A stretch of 63,573 nucleotides of DNA, filler included, from Octopus bimaculoides (Eukaryota), in the NCBI RefSeq assembly GCF_001194135.2. It is 4 parts of 4 records of this genome, joined end to end, with 100 filler letters (N's around TTAATTAATTAA, not from the genome) between each part and the next. Parts side by side here need not be neighbours in the genome. Positions count along the whole stretch, not along the records: positions 49,555 to 61,835 come from NC_069010.1; positions 61,936 to 63,573 come from NW_026429174.1; 2 more parts are not named here. The stretch is one strand, 5' to 3'. How positions within the stretch are numbered: the first letter of the stretch is position 1; the number at the start of each line of letters is the position of its first letter. The translations under genes and the position numbers were made by a program. Below the pieces are notes generated by a model, which saw nothing but the letters and a program-made list of their open reading frames with translations, did not search any database and had not been told where the DNA came from. Of the stretch, positions 53,668-63,573 are shown in pieces.

Positions 53668-53882
53668 CTGATGTGTTCCTGGTGATGACAGGTGACAAAA
53701 ACTCTGACCAGTTAGAAGGAAGCACGACCCTTTATCACCAGAGCCTGAAATTCCTGCGGAGTCATCGAGATGTCTTGTGTTTGATCTCAGCGAAACGTGT
53801 CCTTAGTGTCAACGAAACATGGACATCTCACCAACTGGAGCATGTCTCTCGGACGATCAGCGTGTGGCACGACATTGAATGA
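53668..53882 (+). CDS. Uncharacterised protein, last coding exon
   Basis: Acceptor TGTTTGTTTTGCAG. Phase 1 matches (G|CT = Ala). (A)DVFLVMTGDKNSDQLEG..SRTISVWHDIE, stop TGA at 53880-53882. Confidence 0.85.
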
Positions 53883-54249
53883 AGTGTACAGATGTCTTGG
53901 TCAACTGCTGTATGCATATTTGTGTGTGTGTCTGCGTGTCTATCTATCTGTGTGTGCATATGACAGAGATACATACAAATAATAGAGAGGCTGGTGTTTG
54001 TTGTTGTTGTTGTTGGTGGTGGTGTTAGTATTCTTGGGAAGCCTCTGATCCAGCAAATCTATGATCAACATATTCCAGCCAGGACAATGTCATCTTCTAT
54101 TCAGGCATATCTGGGGACTACATTATCTAATATGTCCACCATTTTGTTGTTTTCTCCAACAGATACTATGTTCATAAATGTTCCTGCCATGACCATCCCA
54201 TCTTTTCATATATAGCATAGCAATATCTCTGAGTACATTTTGTATATAT

Positions 54250-54282
<33 letters not shown>

Positions 54283-54286
<4 letters not shown>

Positions 54287-54617
54287 AAGAGACTGGAGTC
54301 AATGAGTATGGTTAGACAGTTATTTATTATTCACAACAATGTAGTTCTCTAAGAAGACCATGGGTCTATCAGCCGCTACTTAATTCAAACCACGATGAAC
54401 AGAGAAGATGGCCTTGAAGTCGACGATTTTAAACTAACGGAGACAACACTCATATATCGCCTGAGGAAACGCATTTAGATTTCATTACGGAAACAAACAG
54501 TTGCATAATCAAATACCTGTGTTCTGGAAGAACTACGTTGCATTGAAACAATTGTAGTGAATAATAATAAAAATATGTCCAACCGTACTCCTTCTTCTCG
54601 ACTCCAATCTCTTCAAT
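54283..54617. mobile_element. Possible MITE with 18-bp inverted ends
   Basis: ATTGAAGAGACTGGAGTC at 54283-54300 versus GACTCCAATCTCTTCAAT at 54600-54617 (17/18 match). No TSD recognised. Confidence 0.45.
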
Positions 54618-55484
54618 TTTACATTCACACATGACAAATGCTCAAACACAAACTTCTATATAATAATACTATCGGATAGTACTGGATGATTCTGTAAGTG
54701 GATGAGCTTTATACTGTGCTCTACCACATTCCTAATGGAATACAACGTGTGTATGCATGTATGTATATATGTGTGTGTGTTGATACTGTATGTATATATA
54801 TATATGTACCTTAAGAACTTTCTCTCAGACAATTGCCGGAGTGAATGTCCAATGCCTGCCTCCAGCATGACCGTGGCCGAGATAGCTTATGTCCTAGAAA
54901 TAGTCGATGATATGAAACTCATAGCTGTACAGACTGGTTCGGTGAGTTCAGTTGGCTTCTTAAATATCATGTCACCAGTGGAGCCCCTTCGTAGGATTTT
55001 CGAGCGAGATCGTTGCCAGTNNNNNNNNNNNNNNNNNNNNNNNNNNNNNNNNNNNNNNNNNNNNNNNNNNNNNNNNNNNNNNNNNNNNNNNNNNNNNNNN
55101 NNNNNNNNNNNNNNNNNNNNNNNNNNNNNNNNNNNNNNNNNNNNNNNNNNNNNNNNNNNNNNNNNNNNNNNNNNNNNNNNNNNNNNNNNNNNNNNNNNNN
55201 NNNNNNNNNNNNNNNNNNNNNNNNNNNNNNNNNNNNNNNNNNNNNNNNNNNNNNNNNNNNNNNNNNNNNNNNNNNNNNNNNNNNNNNNNNNNNNNNNNNN
55301 NNNNNNNNNNNNNNNNNNNNNNNNNNNNNNNNNNNNNNNNNNNNNNNNNNNNNNNNNNNNNNNNNNNNNNNNNNNNNNNNNNNNNNNNNNNNNNNNNNNN
55401 NNNNNNNNNNNNNNNNNNNNNNNNNNNNNNNNNNNNNNNNNNNNNNNNNNNNNNNNNNNNNNNNNNNNNNNNNNNNNNNNNNNN

Positions 55485-55873
55485 ATAGGGCTTTCCTATA
55501 AGTAGGTTATCTCCCTTGGCTAGGCGGCGCTCCATGTAGATAATTAAACTTCCGGAGGCTAACCCACGCCATTGATATTGTTTTACGTCTTATCATGGAT
55601 ATAAAGCAGCTTGATGATTCAGCTATCGAAGTACTTACTGTGCCTGAGTTAAAGAAATATTTAAGATTATATGGACAGTATGTCACTGGACGAAAGGTGG
55701 ACTTGACTGAAAGGTTGAAAGGAATAAAAATTCTGTCGATGAAGAATGTCAACAAAGTAAATTCATCGGACGATACTTCAGACAGGAATAAGCAAAAGCT
55801 TATATCTCCTCTTGGTGTCTACATGGAGCGCCGCCTAGCCAAGGGAGATAACCTACTTATAGGAACGCCCTAT
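55485..55873 (+). mobile_element. TIR DNA transposon deletion derivative carrying a SAP-motif ORF start
   Basis: 56-bp inverted repeats at 55485-55540 and 55818-55873 with one mismatch. Internal frame from 55595 reads MDIKQL..LTVPELKKYLRLYGQYVTGRKVDLTERL (SAP motif) and runs into the right TIR after KLISPLG. Confidence 0.85.
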
Positions 55874-56219
55874 AATTATTATTTAACAACTTGTTTTAAT
55901 TTCATGTTTTCTGTAAATTTTAAAGCTATTGGTGATTGTTTTAATACTGGAGAAATCCCTTTTTCCTTTTTCCAAAATCCTGGCCATGCTTCTGTATATT
56001 CTATATCTAAGTGTGAGTGTGTATTTCTGCGTGTAGAAGCTGCCACTTTCATAGCCATCATCAATATTCATTTTCCTAATTTCTAAACTTAAAATATGAG
56101 AAACAAAGAAAAAAAAATTTTATCTGTTATGTCTAAAATTTGTTTCCCAGATTTATCTTGGACAAATGTATATATGTGCCTGATTGTATATGTGTTAATG
56201 TATGTGTGTGTGTGTATAT

Positions 56220-56593
56220 GTGGAGGCGCAATGGCCCAGTGGTTAGGGCAGCGGACTCACGGTCATAGGATCGCGGTTTCGATTCCCAGACTGGGCGTTG
56301 TGAGTGTTTATTGAGCGAAAATACCTAAAGCTCCACGAGGCTAAGGCAGGGGATGGTGGCGAACTCTGCTGTACTCTTTCACTACAACTTTCTCTCACTC
56401 TCTCTTCCTGTTTCTGTTGTGCCTGTAATCGAAAGGGTCAGCCTTGTCACGCTGAATATCCCCCGAGAACTACGTTAAGGGTACACGTGTCTGTGGAGTG
56501 CTCAGCCACTTGCACGTTAATTTCACGAGCAGGCTGTTCCGTTGATCGGATCGACTGGAACCCTCGACGTCGTTAGCGACGGAGTGCCAACAA
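56220..56593 (+). mobile_element. SINE family A, full length
   Basis: GTGGAGGCGCAATGGCCCAGTGGTTAGGGCAGCGGACTCACGGTCATAGGATCGCGGTTTCGATTCCCAG head and GGAGTGCCAACAA end. Confidence 0.92.
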
Positions 56594-56999
56594 TATGTGT
56601 ATAAATAACAAAGTATGGTTGGGGGTTACCACACGAGTAAAAAAATACATATACATAAACTTGTCTATTGCTGTGATGTGCAGGTGAAGAGTAAAACAAA
56701 CAAACTGTTGCAGTTAAATGCACATTATATGTATGCATACGTGATTGTGCATGCATGTGTGTGAGAGAATCTAGGAATTTTTGCTTGTTATCTCTTTTTT
56801 CTTGTTAACGCATTTTCCATTAACACATGTATAAAAATATTAATATCTCACATTAAAATATTAACTATTGATATCTTATATTAAAATATCGATTATTGAG
56901 TTATGTCATTAAAATATTGATTGATAAAATATTACAAATTTTTGTCGTTTTTTTTATAGAATCCATTCAGTACTCTACATATTTGTGTATATCTCTCTT

Positions 57000-57403
57000 T
57001 ACTCTCTTTTACTCTTTTACTTGTTTCAGTCTTTCGACTGTGGCCATGCTGGAGCACCGCCTTTAGTCGAGCAAATCGACCCCAGGACTTAGAATAAGTA
57101 CTAGGCTTCCAAAGACTATCGGTCATTTTTGCCGAACCGCTGAGTTACGGGGACGTAAACACACCAGCATCAGTTGTCAAGCGATGTTGGGGGAACAAAC
57201 ACAGACACACAAACATATACACACACATACATATATACAACGGACTTCTTTCAGTTTCCGTCTACCAAATCCACTCACAAGGCTTTGGTCGGTCCGAGGC
57301 TGTAGTAGAAGACACTTGACCAAGGTGCCACACAGTGTGACTGAACCCGGAGCCATGTGGTTGGTAAGCAAGCTACTTACCACACAGCCACTCCTACGCC
57401 TAT
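57000..57403 (-). mobile_element. SINE family B, full length
   Basis: Minus strand has a tRNA-like head, CORE-like GGCACCTTGG.CAAGTGTCTT, internal (TG/TA)n and an AAGAGTA-type tail. Confidence 0.9.
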
Positions 57404-57585
57404 CATACATATTTTTTTTTATTTCTCCAGATTTTTTTAAAGCTAAAAATTTGAAGTAAAATTGCATGTCAAAAAAGGCACCAAGGCTAGGATCTCTGAA
57501 TCACAAATACAATCATCTTACAATAAAATACAATTATATCATATGTACACAGAAAACATATAGAGTATTCCACAGATATTTACTT

Positions 57586-57990
57586 TTAATCCATTAGCAT
57601 TTAAAGAGGCCACATGCGGCCCAAATAATCTACTTATTTTATGTCCAATATGACCAGATCCTGCCTCTCACACCTACCCTACAATGTCACTCTAAAAATA
57701 AATCACATTATTGAAATCTTGAAGCTGAGATAATACATGATTAATTGAAAACAAGGCCAGATCCAGCCTCTCACACCTACCCTACAATGTCTTTCTGAAA
57801 ATAAACAATCACATCTTTGAAATCTTGGAGTTATGAGATAATGCATGATTAATTCAAAACAAGGCCAGATCCAGCCTCTCACACCTACCCCACAATGTCA
57901 TACTAAAATTAAACAGTCACATTACAAAATCTTGACGTTGTGATAGTGCATAATTCAAAACAATGTATCTGAATGTTCAGTGTTACAGTT
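57586..57990. mobile_element. Probable piggyBac-like MITE with internal 3 x ~105-bp tandem amplification
   Basis: Starts TTAA|TCCATTAGCATTT. CCAGATCC.GCCTCTCACACCTACCC recurs at 57654, 57757 and 57865. Right end decayed. Confidence 0.5.
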
Positions 57991-58341
57991 CGAGTGAATA
58001 TACATACAAGACAAGACTGGTCATCCACTAGACCAGGTCCAGACCAGCCAGTCCATCCAATCTTCAACAACTTGTTTTTCAATTACAAAGTTTGGACTGA
58101 TCCAAGGTTGCCATAAAAGTCATTTTCTTATGATGTGAAGCAAATCGACCATGATGCTTTATGATTCATCATCATCATCATCATCATCATCGTGCAGCAT
58201 CTGCCTTCCATGGGTCGGACCGTTTGATAGGAGCGGGCCAGGCATGAACCTGCACCAGACTGCTGTGTCTGTTTTGACACCAACCACCCGGCAGAGATTG
58301 CAAAGCAAGTTGTTGTGATTAACCAATCATACCTGCATGCT

Positions 58342-58657
58342 ATAGGGCTTTCCTATAAGGTGTTATCCACCCCTGATTGGAACTCTCCCGTATGACATGT
58401 ACGCATGCTCAGTGACTTGCTTTAACAGTTGCAATCAGCTGAATGCACATTGCCAGTGACCTTTGACATAGTTACCCACACTCCGTGGTCAGGATTCTTT
58501 TTTGGGTTTGATGTCGGTATCGAAGGGATTACCAGACACCGGACAATACAGTGAGAACAGCTTTCACTCACATCGTGGTATTCGATGCTGTGTACGTGTC
58601 TGTCGTGGTAAAATATGCCACTCCTTAACTGTTGCTTTGCTTTCATCCGTAGCACGA
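58342..58657 (-). mobile_element. Second element of the same TIR group, carrying a truncated SWIM-region ORF (other end in gap)
   Basis: Terminus ATAGGGCTTTCCTATAAG is identical to 55485-55502. Minus frame reads RMKAKQQLRSGIFYHDRHVHSIEYHDVSESCSHCIVRCLVIPS..DHGVWVTMSKVTGNVHSADCNC, then stop. Confidence 0.75.
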
Positions 58658-59520
58658 NNNNNNNNNNNNNNNNNNNNNNNNNNNNNNNNNNNNNNNNNNN
58701 NNNNNNNNNNNNNNNNNNNNNNNNNNNNNNNNNNNNNNNNNNNNNNNNNNNNNNNNNNNNNNNNNNNNNNNNNNNNNNNNNNNNNNNNNNNNNNNNNNNN
58801 NNNNNNNNNNNNNNNNNNNNNNNNNNNNNNNNNNNNNNNNNNNNNNNNNNNNNNNNNNNNNNNNNNNNNNNNNNNNNNNNNNNNNNNNNNNNNNNNNNNN
58901 NNNNNNNNNNNNNNNNNNNNNNNNNNNNNNNNNNNNNNNNNNNNNNNNNNNNNNNNNNNNNNNNNNNNNNNNNNNNNNNNNNNNNNNNNNNNNNNNNNNN
59001 NNNNNNNNNNNNNNNNNNNNNNNNNNNNNNNNNNNNNNNNNNNNNNNNNNNNNNNNNNNNNNNNNNNNNNNNNNNNNNNNNNNNNNNNNNNNNNNNNNNN
59101 NNNNNNNNNNNNNNNNNNNNNNNNNNNNNNNNNNNNNNNNNNNNNNNNNNNNNNNNNNNNNNNNNNNNNNNNNNNNNNNNNNNNNNNNNNNNNNNNNNNN
59201 NNNNNNNNNNNNNNNNNNNNNNNNNNNNNNNNNNNNNNNNNNNNNNNNNNNNNNNNNNNNNNNNNNNNNNNNNNNNNNNNNNNNNNNNNNNNNNNNNNNN
59301 NNNNNNNNNNNNNNNNNNNNNNNNNNNNNNNNNNNNNNNNNNNNNNNNNNNNNNNNNNNNNNNNNNNNNNNNNNNNNNNNNNNNNNNNNNNNNNNNNNNN
59401 NNNNNNNNNNNNNNNNNNNNNNNNNNNNNNNNNNNNNNNNNNNNNNNNNNNNNNNNNNNNNNATTTACTCCATGTACCCACATGGGGATTAACACATACT
59501 TTAAGAAATTATTATTTCTT

Positions 59521-59688
59521 ACTCTCTGAGTGGTTGGCGTTAGGAAGGGCATCCAGCTGTTGAAACTCTGCCAAATCAGATTGGAGCCTGGTGTAGCCAT
59601 CTGGTTTCACCAGTCCTCGGTCAAATCGTCCAACCCGTGCTAGCATGGAAAGTGGACGTTAAACGATGATGATGATGATGATGATGAT
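59521..59688 (+). mobile_element. Family D repeat
   Basis: GGTTGGCGTTAGGAAGGGCATCCAGCTG..GGACGTTAAACGATGATGATG. Confidence 0.85.
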
Positions 59689-59778
59689 GATATATATATG
59701 TGTGTGTGTGTGTGTGAACTCCCTCATAAACACACACCTGTATATACAATTACACTCACACACATCACAATCCTTCTC

Positions 59779-60369
59779 TCAATCTGTACGCACCTTCCAG
59801 ATACAGACAAGATTACAATCAGCTGTCGCAGCCAAAACCTCCCCCTTGTCGTCCATAACAACGCTGTTAATGATGGGTCGTTCCTCTTCTTCTTCTTCTT
59901 CATCCTTCCTGCAACCACCATCATTAACCATTGCTGCATCTTCTTCTGTCTTTTTTCCACCACTGCCATCACTATTGTACTCAACGATTGGCCAGTCGAG
60001 CACTCGTGATGGCAAATGAAGCAAATTACCTCCCTTCGAAATTGTCAAGTTTGAGTTATGTCCCTTCTTTCCTCCAATGTTCTTCAGGTTGTAAATGAAA
60101 ACTCTACCCTCTGCATCACCTACGACCAGACGCTCCTTCCCTCCAGACATGTAGACGTATGGCTCATCCATGACGTGGTACCTGAGGCAGGTAAACGGAT
60201 CGACAGCAATTCTACGAGTCTTTGAGGTGGAGTTGAGTGCCGTAGCAGAGGGTGCATGCTTAGTCAGCTTCCACAGGTATATATATTTTTCTTCAACACA
60301 CTTACAGGCCACCATGTTGTCGTCCACCAAAACCAAGCCATCAATGCACTCATCACTGGAATTTGTTAA
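59779..60369 (-). CDS. LRWD1: LRWD1/ORCA-like WD40 protein, last coding exon (5' end in gap)
   Basis: 196 open codons. CIDGLVLVDDNMVACK..IYLW, VVGDAEGRVFIYNL, PSRVLDWP and IINSVVMDDKGEVLAATADCNLVCIWK parallel the recalled human LRWD1 C-terminal motifs VDGLAFVNEDIVASK, CGDEEGNVWLYDV, PTQILKWP and MVNTVV..TDSNIVAIW in the same order. Confidence 0.8.
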   Translation of the reverse strand, partial: LTNSSDECIDGLVLVDDNMVACKCVEEKYIYLWKLTKHAPSATALNSTSKTRRIAVDPFTCLRYHVMDEPYVYMSGGKERLVVGDAEGRVFIYNLKNIGGKKGHNSNLTISKGGNLLHLPSRVLDWPIVEYNSDGSGGKKTEEDAAMVNDGGCRKDEEEEEEERPIINSVVMDDKGEVLAATADCNLVCIWKVRTD

Positions 60370-60753
60370 NNNNNNNNNNNNNNNNNNNNNNNNNNNNNNN
60401 NNNNNNNNNNNNNNNNNNNNNNNNNNNNNNNNNNNNNNNNNNNNNNNNNNNNNNNNNNNNNNNNNNNNNNNNNNNNNNNNNNNNNNNNNNNNNNNNNNNN
60501 NNNNNNNNNNNNNNNNNNNNNNNNNNNNNNNNNNNNNNNNNNNNNNNNNNNNNNNNNNNNNNNNNNNNNNNNNNNNNNNNNNNNNNNNNNNNNNNNNNNN
60601 NNNNNNNNNNNNNNNNNNNNNNNNNNNNNNNNNNNNNNNNNNNNNNNNNNNNNNNNNNNNNNNNNNNNNNNNNNNNNNNNNNNNNNNNNNNNNNNNNNNN
60701 NNNNNNNNNNNNNNNNNNNNNNNNNNNNNNNNNNNNNNNNNNNNNNNNNNNNN

Positions 60754-61118
60754 TAGGGCAGCGGACTCGCGGTCATAGGATCGCTGTTTCGATTCCCAGA
60801 CCGGGCGTTGTGAGTGTTTATTGAGCGAAAACACCTAAAAGCTCCACGAGGCTCCGGCAGGGGATGGTGGCGAACCCTGCTGTACTCTTTCACCACAACT
60901 TTCTCTCACACTTACTTCCTGTTTTCTGTTGTGCCTGTAATTCAAAGGGGGTCAGCCTTGCCACACTCTGTGTCACGCTGAATATCTCCCTGAGAACTAC
61001 GTTAAGGATACACGTGTCTGTGGAGTGCTCAGCCACTTGCACGTTAATTTCACGAGCAGCAGGCTGTTCCGTTGATCGGATCAACTGGAACCCTCGACGG
61101 AGTGCCAACAACAACAAC
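60754..61118 (+). mobile_element. SINE family A (first bases in gap)
   Basis: Collinear with 56240-56593. (AAC)n tail. Confidence 0.9.
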
Positions 61119-61835
61119 ACCTCTTGTAAACAACACTGAGATTGAATATGAAAAATGGGAAATGGGTAATGTGTGTGTTTGCTGCATTTCAGGAGATTTG
61201 CTGATTAATCAGTACCCCTCCAACTATCCACAAACTCGCTTAAGTCGCCACTAAATACAGCAGAGTTTACATTCTTGGATATACCAATTTTACATACTGA
61301 ACTCATTCCAGGAAGCTGGTACAGAAATATTAATGGACTGTAAGGACACTATGTCTCAATATACTACAAAGTATATTGTAGTAACGCACGATTTGTTTTC
61401 TCATTTGTTTTTTACTAGGTGGCATTTACTGCCCATATTGCATGTTTTTCTTTCATTCCTTCAATTTGTGCATTGCATGCATGTATCACACGAGTGTACA
61501 TTTCATTTCTTTCATTTTTCTTTGTGTGTGTTTGTGCTACATCTTGTGGGTGGTTTTCAGTGGCCATCCTGCCTCAGGCGTTCCAACAGATTTATATTAT
61601 CGTGCGTTCCGCACTGGCAAGGGTGCCCTGTAGTTACGCTGTGCGCATGCGTAGTCTCACGCATGCGTGGAATTCAACAACCAAGCTTTCCCGCTTTGAT
61701 CTGTCTCTTTCTTGCTGGCCAGCGATTGAGCAAGGACGTGTTTAGCTGTCTCTCTCCATCTTTCGAACTTACGCTAGACAGCTCGCTCACATCTACATAC
61801 CAACGTCCCAACAACCATGCTCACACACACAGAAG

Positions 61836-61935
61836 NNNNNNNNNNNNNNNNNNNNNNNNNNNNNNNNNNNNNNNNNNNNTTAATTAATTAANNNNNNNNN
61901 NNNNNNNNNNNNNNNNNNNNNNNNNNNNNNNNNNN
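61836..61935. other. Artificial scaffold join: 44 N + TTAATTAATTAA + 44 N
   Basis: Same construct as 22999-23098. Confidence 0.95.
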
Positions 61936-62685
61936 ATAGTCAGACATTTTATTTAGTCTACATCACTTATATAAACTCCCCCCCCTTCTCTCTCTCTCTC
62001 TCTCTTTCTCTCTCCTATTATGTACTACACTGACACATGAAAGTTCTCTTCCACGGTTACAATCATCTTTTCCTTTCTGATCTTCTATGTCACTCATGTA
62101 AGTTACAACAAAGAAATTTGATAGTTATATTTTCAATAAAAGAAAAGTTTTGTGCAAGATTATAATGGAAATCTTGAAATTTGTTTTTTAAAGTCAAAAC
62201 AAATCAGTCTGTCAAATCTAAATGTCACTAAAATCAATCAATTGCATTTTTTTTACTTCCTGACTAAATCTTGTTGTTCTAAGAGCTATATTGTCAGATT
62301 ACAATATTCAAATGTTTGTAGGTACCAATGTTTTTTGTTTTTTTGTCTTTGTGAGCATTTTCCATCCCCTAATCCTAAATGAATTGGAGTAAGAATGAAT
62401 GTAGGGAAAAAGATTTGTCTGAGATCTGATATTTTTGGAAAAATTGTTTGTTTTTTTTAATATGATTTTAGTTTTAAGTTACTTTTGGCTTTGCGAATAA
62501 AATTTTGATTTCTCAACATTGCAAAAATATTACCATTCCACTTTTTAATCTTTGAAAAAATTATGTATTATATAATTGTATAATTAATATGCTATTATAT
62601 AATTTGAGAAAAAAACAAGTTTAATATCAATAGTTCAAAAACATTCTCATTTTCATCTATTTAAAACTGTTTCTACATTGAAAAG

Positions 62686-62832
62686 CTGCAAGAGTGGTTG
62701 GGTGGTCAAAAAACATGGTTGCTGACCATATGGTTCAATTCCACTGTGTGGCACCTTGGACAAGTGTCTTCTCCTATAGACCAAAGCCATGTGAATGGAT
62801 TTAGTAGGCAGAAATGAACAGAAGCCCATCAT
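62686..62832 (+). mobile_element. SINE family B head and CORE-like part, diverged
   Basis: GGTTCAATTCCACTGTGTGGCACCTTGGACAAGTGTCTTCT. Confidence 0.7.
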
Positions 62833-63573
62833 TTGTGTGGTGGAGGGCAAGATCCCGCGAATGGACAGATTTAGAGACATATTACTCGAAGCCTTTGACG
62901 AAATAGAAGGGGATATAGCTTCACACGATGTAGAAGACAACTGGAGGTTTCTACAGGACAACCTGCTGAGGGCCACTGACCAGATCTGTGAATGGTGCTA
63001 CGTCCCCTCTCGACCCAAAATAACGTGGTGGGGGAACAATGTGGTTGACAGGGCTATTAGATAAAAGAAACAGGCTTGGAAGGACTGGAAGAATGGTGGT
63101 AGCAGGGAATTGTATCAGACTGCCAGAAGGGAAGCTAAGAGACAGGTTTATTTAGCCAGAGGGTAAGCAGATAGGAAAAAATTTGCCAATGTTCTGCGCC
63201 GTGAGGACCAAAGACTTCAGGTATTTCGTGTTTCAAGACAGTGTGTGAGAGAGAATTGTGATGTTGTAGGAGAGAAATGTGTCTGCATGGATGATGGTTC
63301 ACTCGCACTAAACGTGGCTGCAAAGAGAGAGGTATGGAGACGCCACTATGAAAGGTTGCTCAATAAAGAGAATGAAAGAAAGAGAGTCTGCCGTATGTCG
63401 ACCCAACACAGGGACCAGCTATCTGAGTTGACAGTACCATGTTAGATAAAGCAATTAAGAGTATGAAGACAGGGATAGCCCCCGGCCCATCAGGAATCAC
63501 TGCAGAAATGCTCAAAATATTTGGCAGTGTCGGCTATAGCCTAGTTACCCGTATAGTTAACCAGGTGATACAC
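62833..63573 (+). mobile_element. RTE-clade LINE fragment (inter-domain region into start of RT), pseudogenised, cut by window end
   Basis: TWWGNNVVDRAIR*KKQAWKDW, KREVWRRHYERLLN, AIKSMKTGIAPGPSGITAEMLK. In-frame stops and a frameshift. Confidence 0.88.

Noticed and set aside
54820-55020. Open frame CRSECPMPASSMTVAEIAYVL next to a gap
   Set aside because: No recognisable motif or splice sites, and it ends in family D repeat sequence.
56220-56295. tRNA-like sequence
   Set aside because: It is the head of a ~9-copy SINE with body and tail attached, not a standalone tRNA gene.
61190-61340. Possible upstream LRWD1 exon (PLIFLYQLPG..VDSW on minus) or a plus-strand exon
   Set aside because: Both strands give short open frames, similarity is marginal and the minus-strand donor is weak. 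Needs RNA-seq.

Overview
AT-rich, repeat-dense animal genomic DNA. The SINE families and microsatellite load suggest an octopus (inference, no database check). It is a draft assembly with many N gaps and three artificial 100-nt joins (44 N + TTAATTAATTAA + 44 N at 22999-23098, 49455-49554 and 61836-61935). The window is therefore four segments whose adjacency cannot be assumed. Segment 1 (1-22998) holds internal exons of a divergent SLC6/NSS transporter on +. Segment 2 (23099-49454) has no confidently recognisable host gene. Segment 3 (49555-61835) holds the last exons of an uncharacterised alpha/beta-domain protein (+), converging on the 3' exon of an LRWD1/ORCA-like WD40 gene (-). Segment 4 is mostly a decayed RTE LINE. 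The rest is several SINE families (often nested, some with clear TSDs), R4/Dong-type RLE retrotransposon fragments sitting in (TAA)n tracts, RTE and Tc1/mariner remnants, hAT/Tigger/piggyBac-like MITEs, and two deletion derivatives of a TIR element carrying SAP and SWIM-region coding fragments. Almost all ORFs in the supplied track are artefacts of N gaps or microsatellites. No rRNA, true tRNA gene or CRISPR array is supported. Best leads: the orphan alpha/beta domain gene, the SLC6 with a substituted TM3 tyrosine, the SAP/SWIM TIR element, and the (TAA)n-targeted retroelement stack. Repeat boundaries are read by eye and approximate unless a TSD is given.
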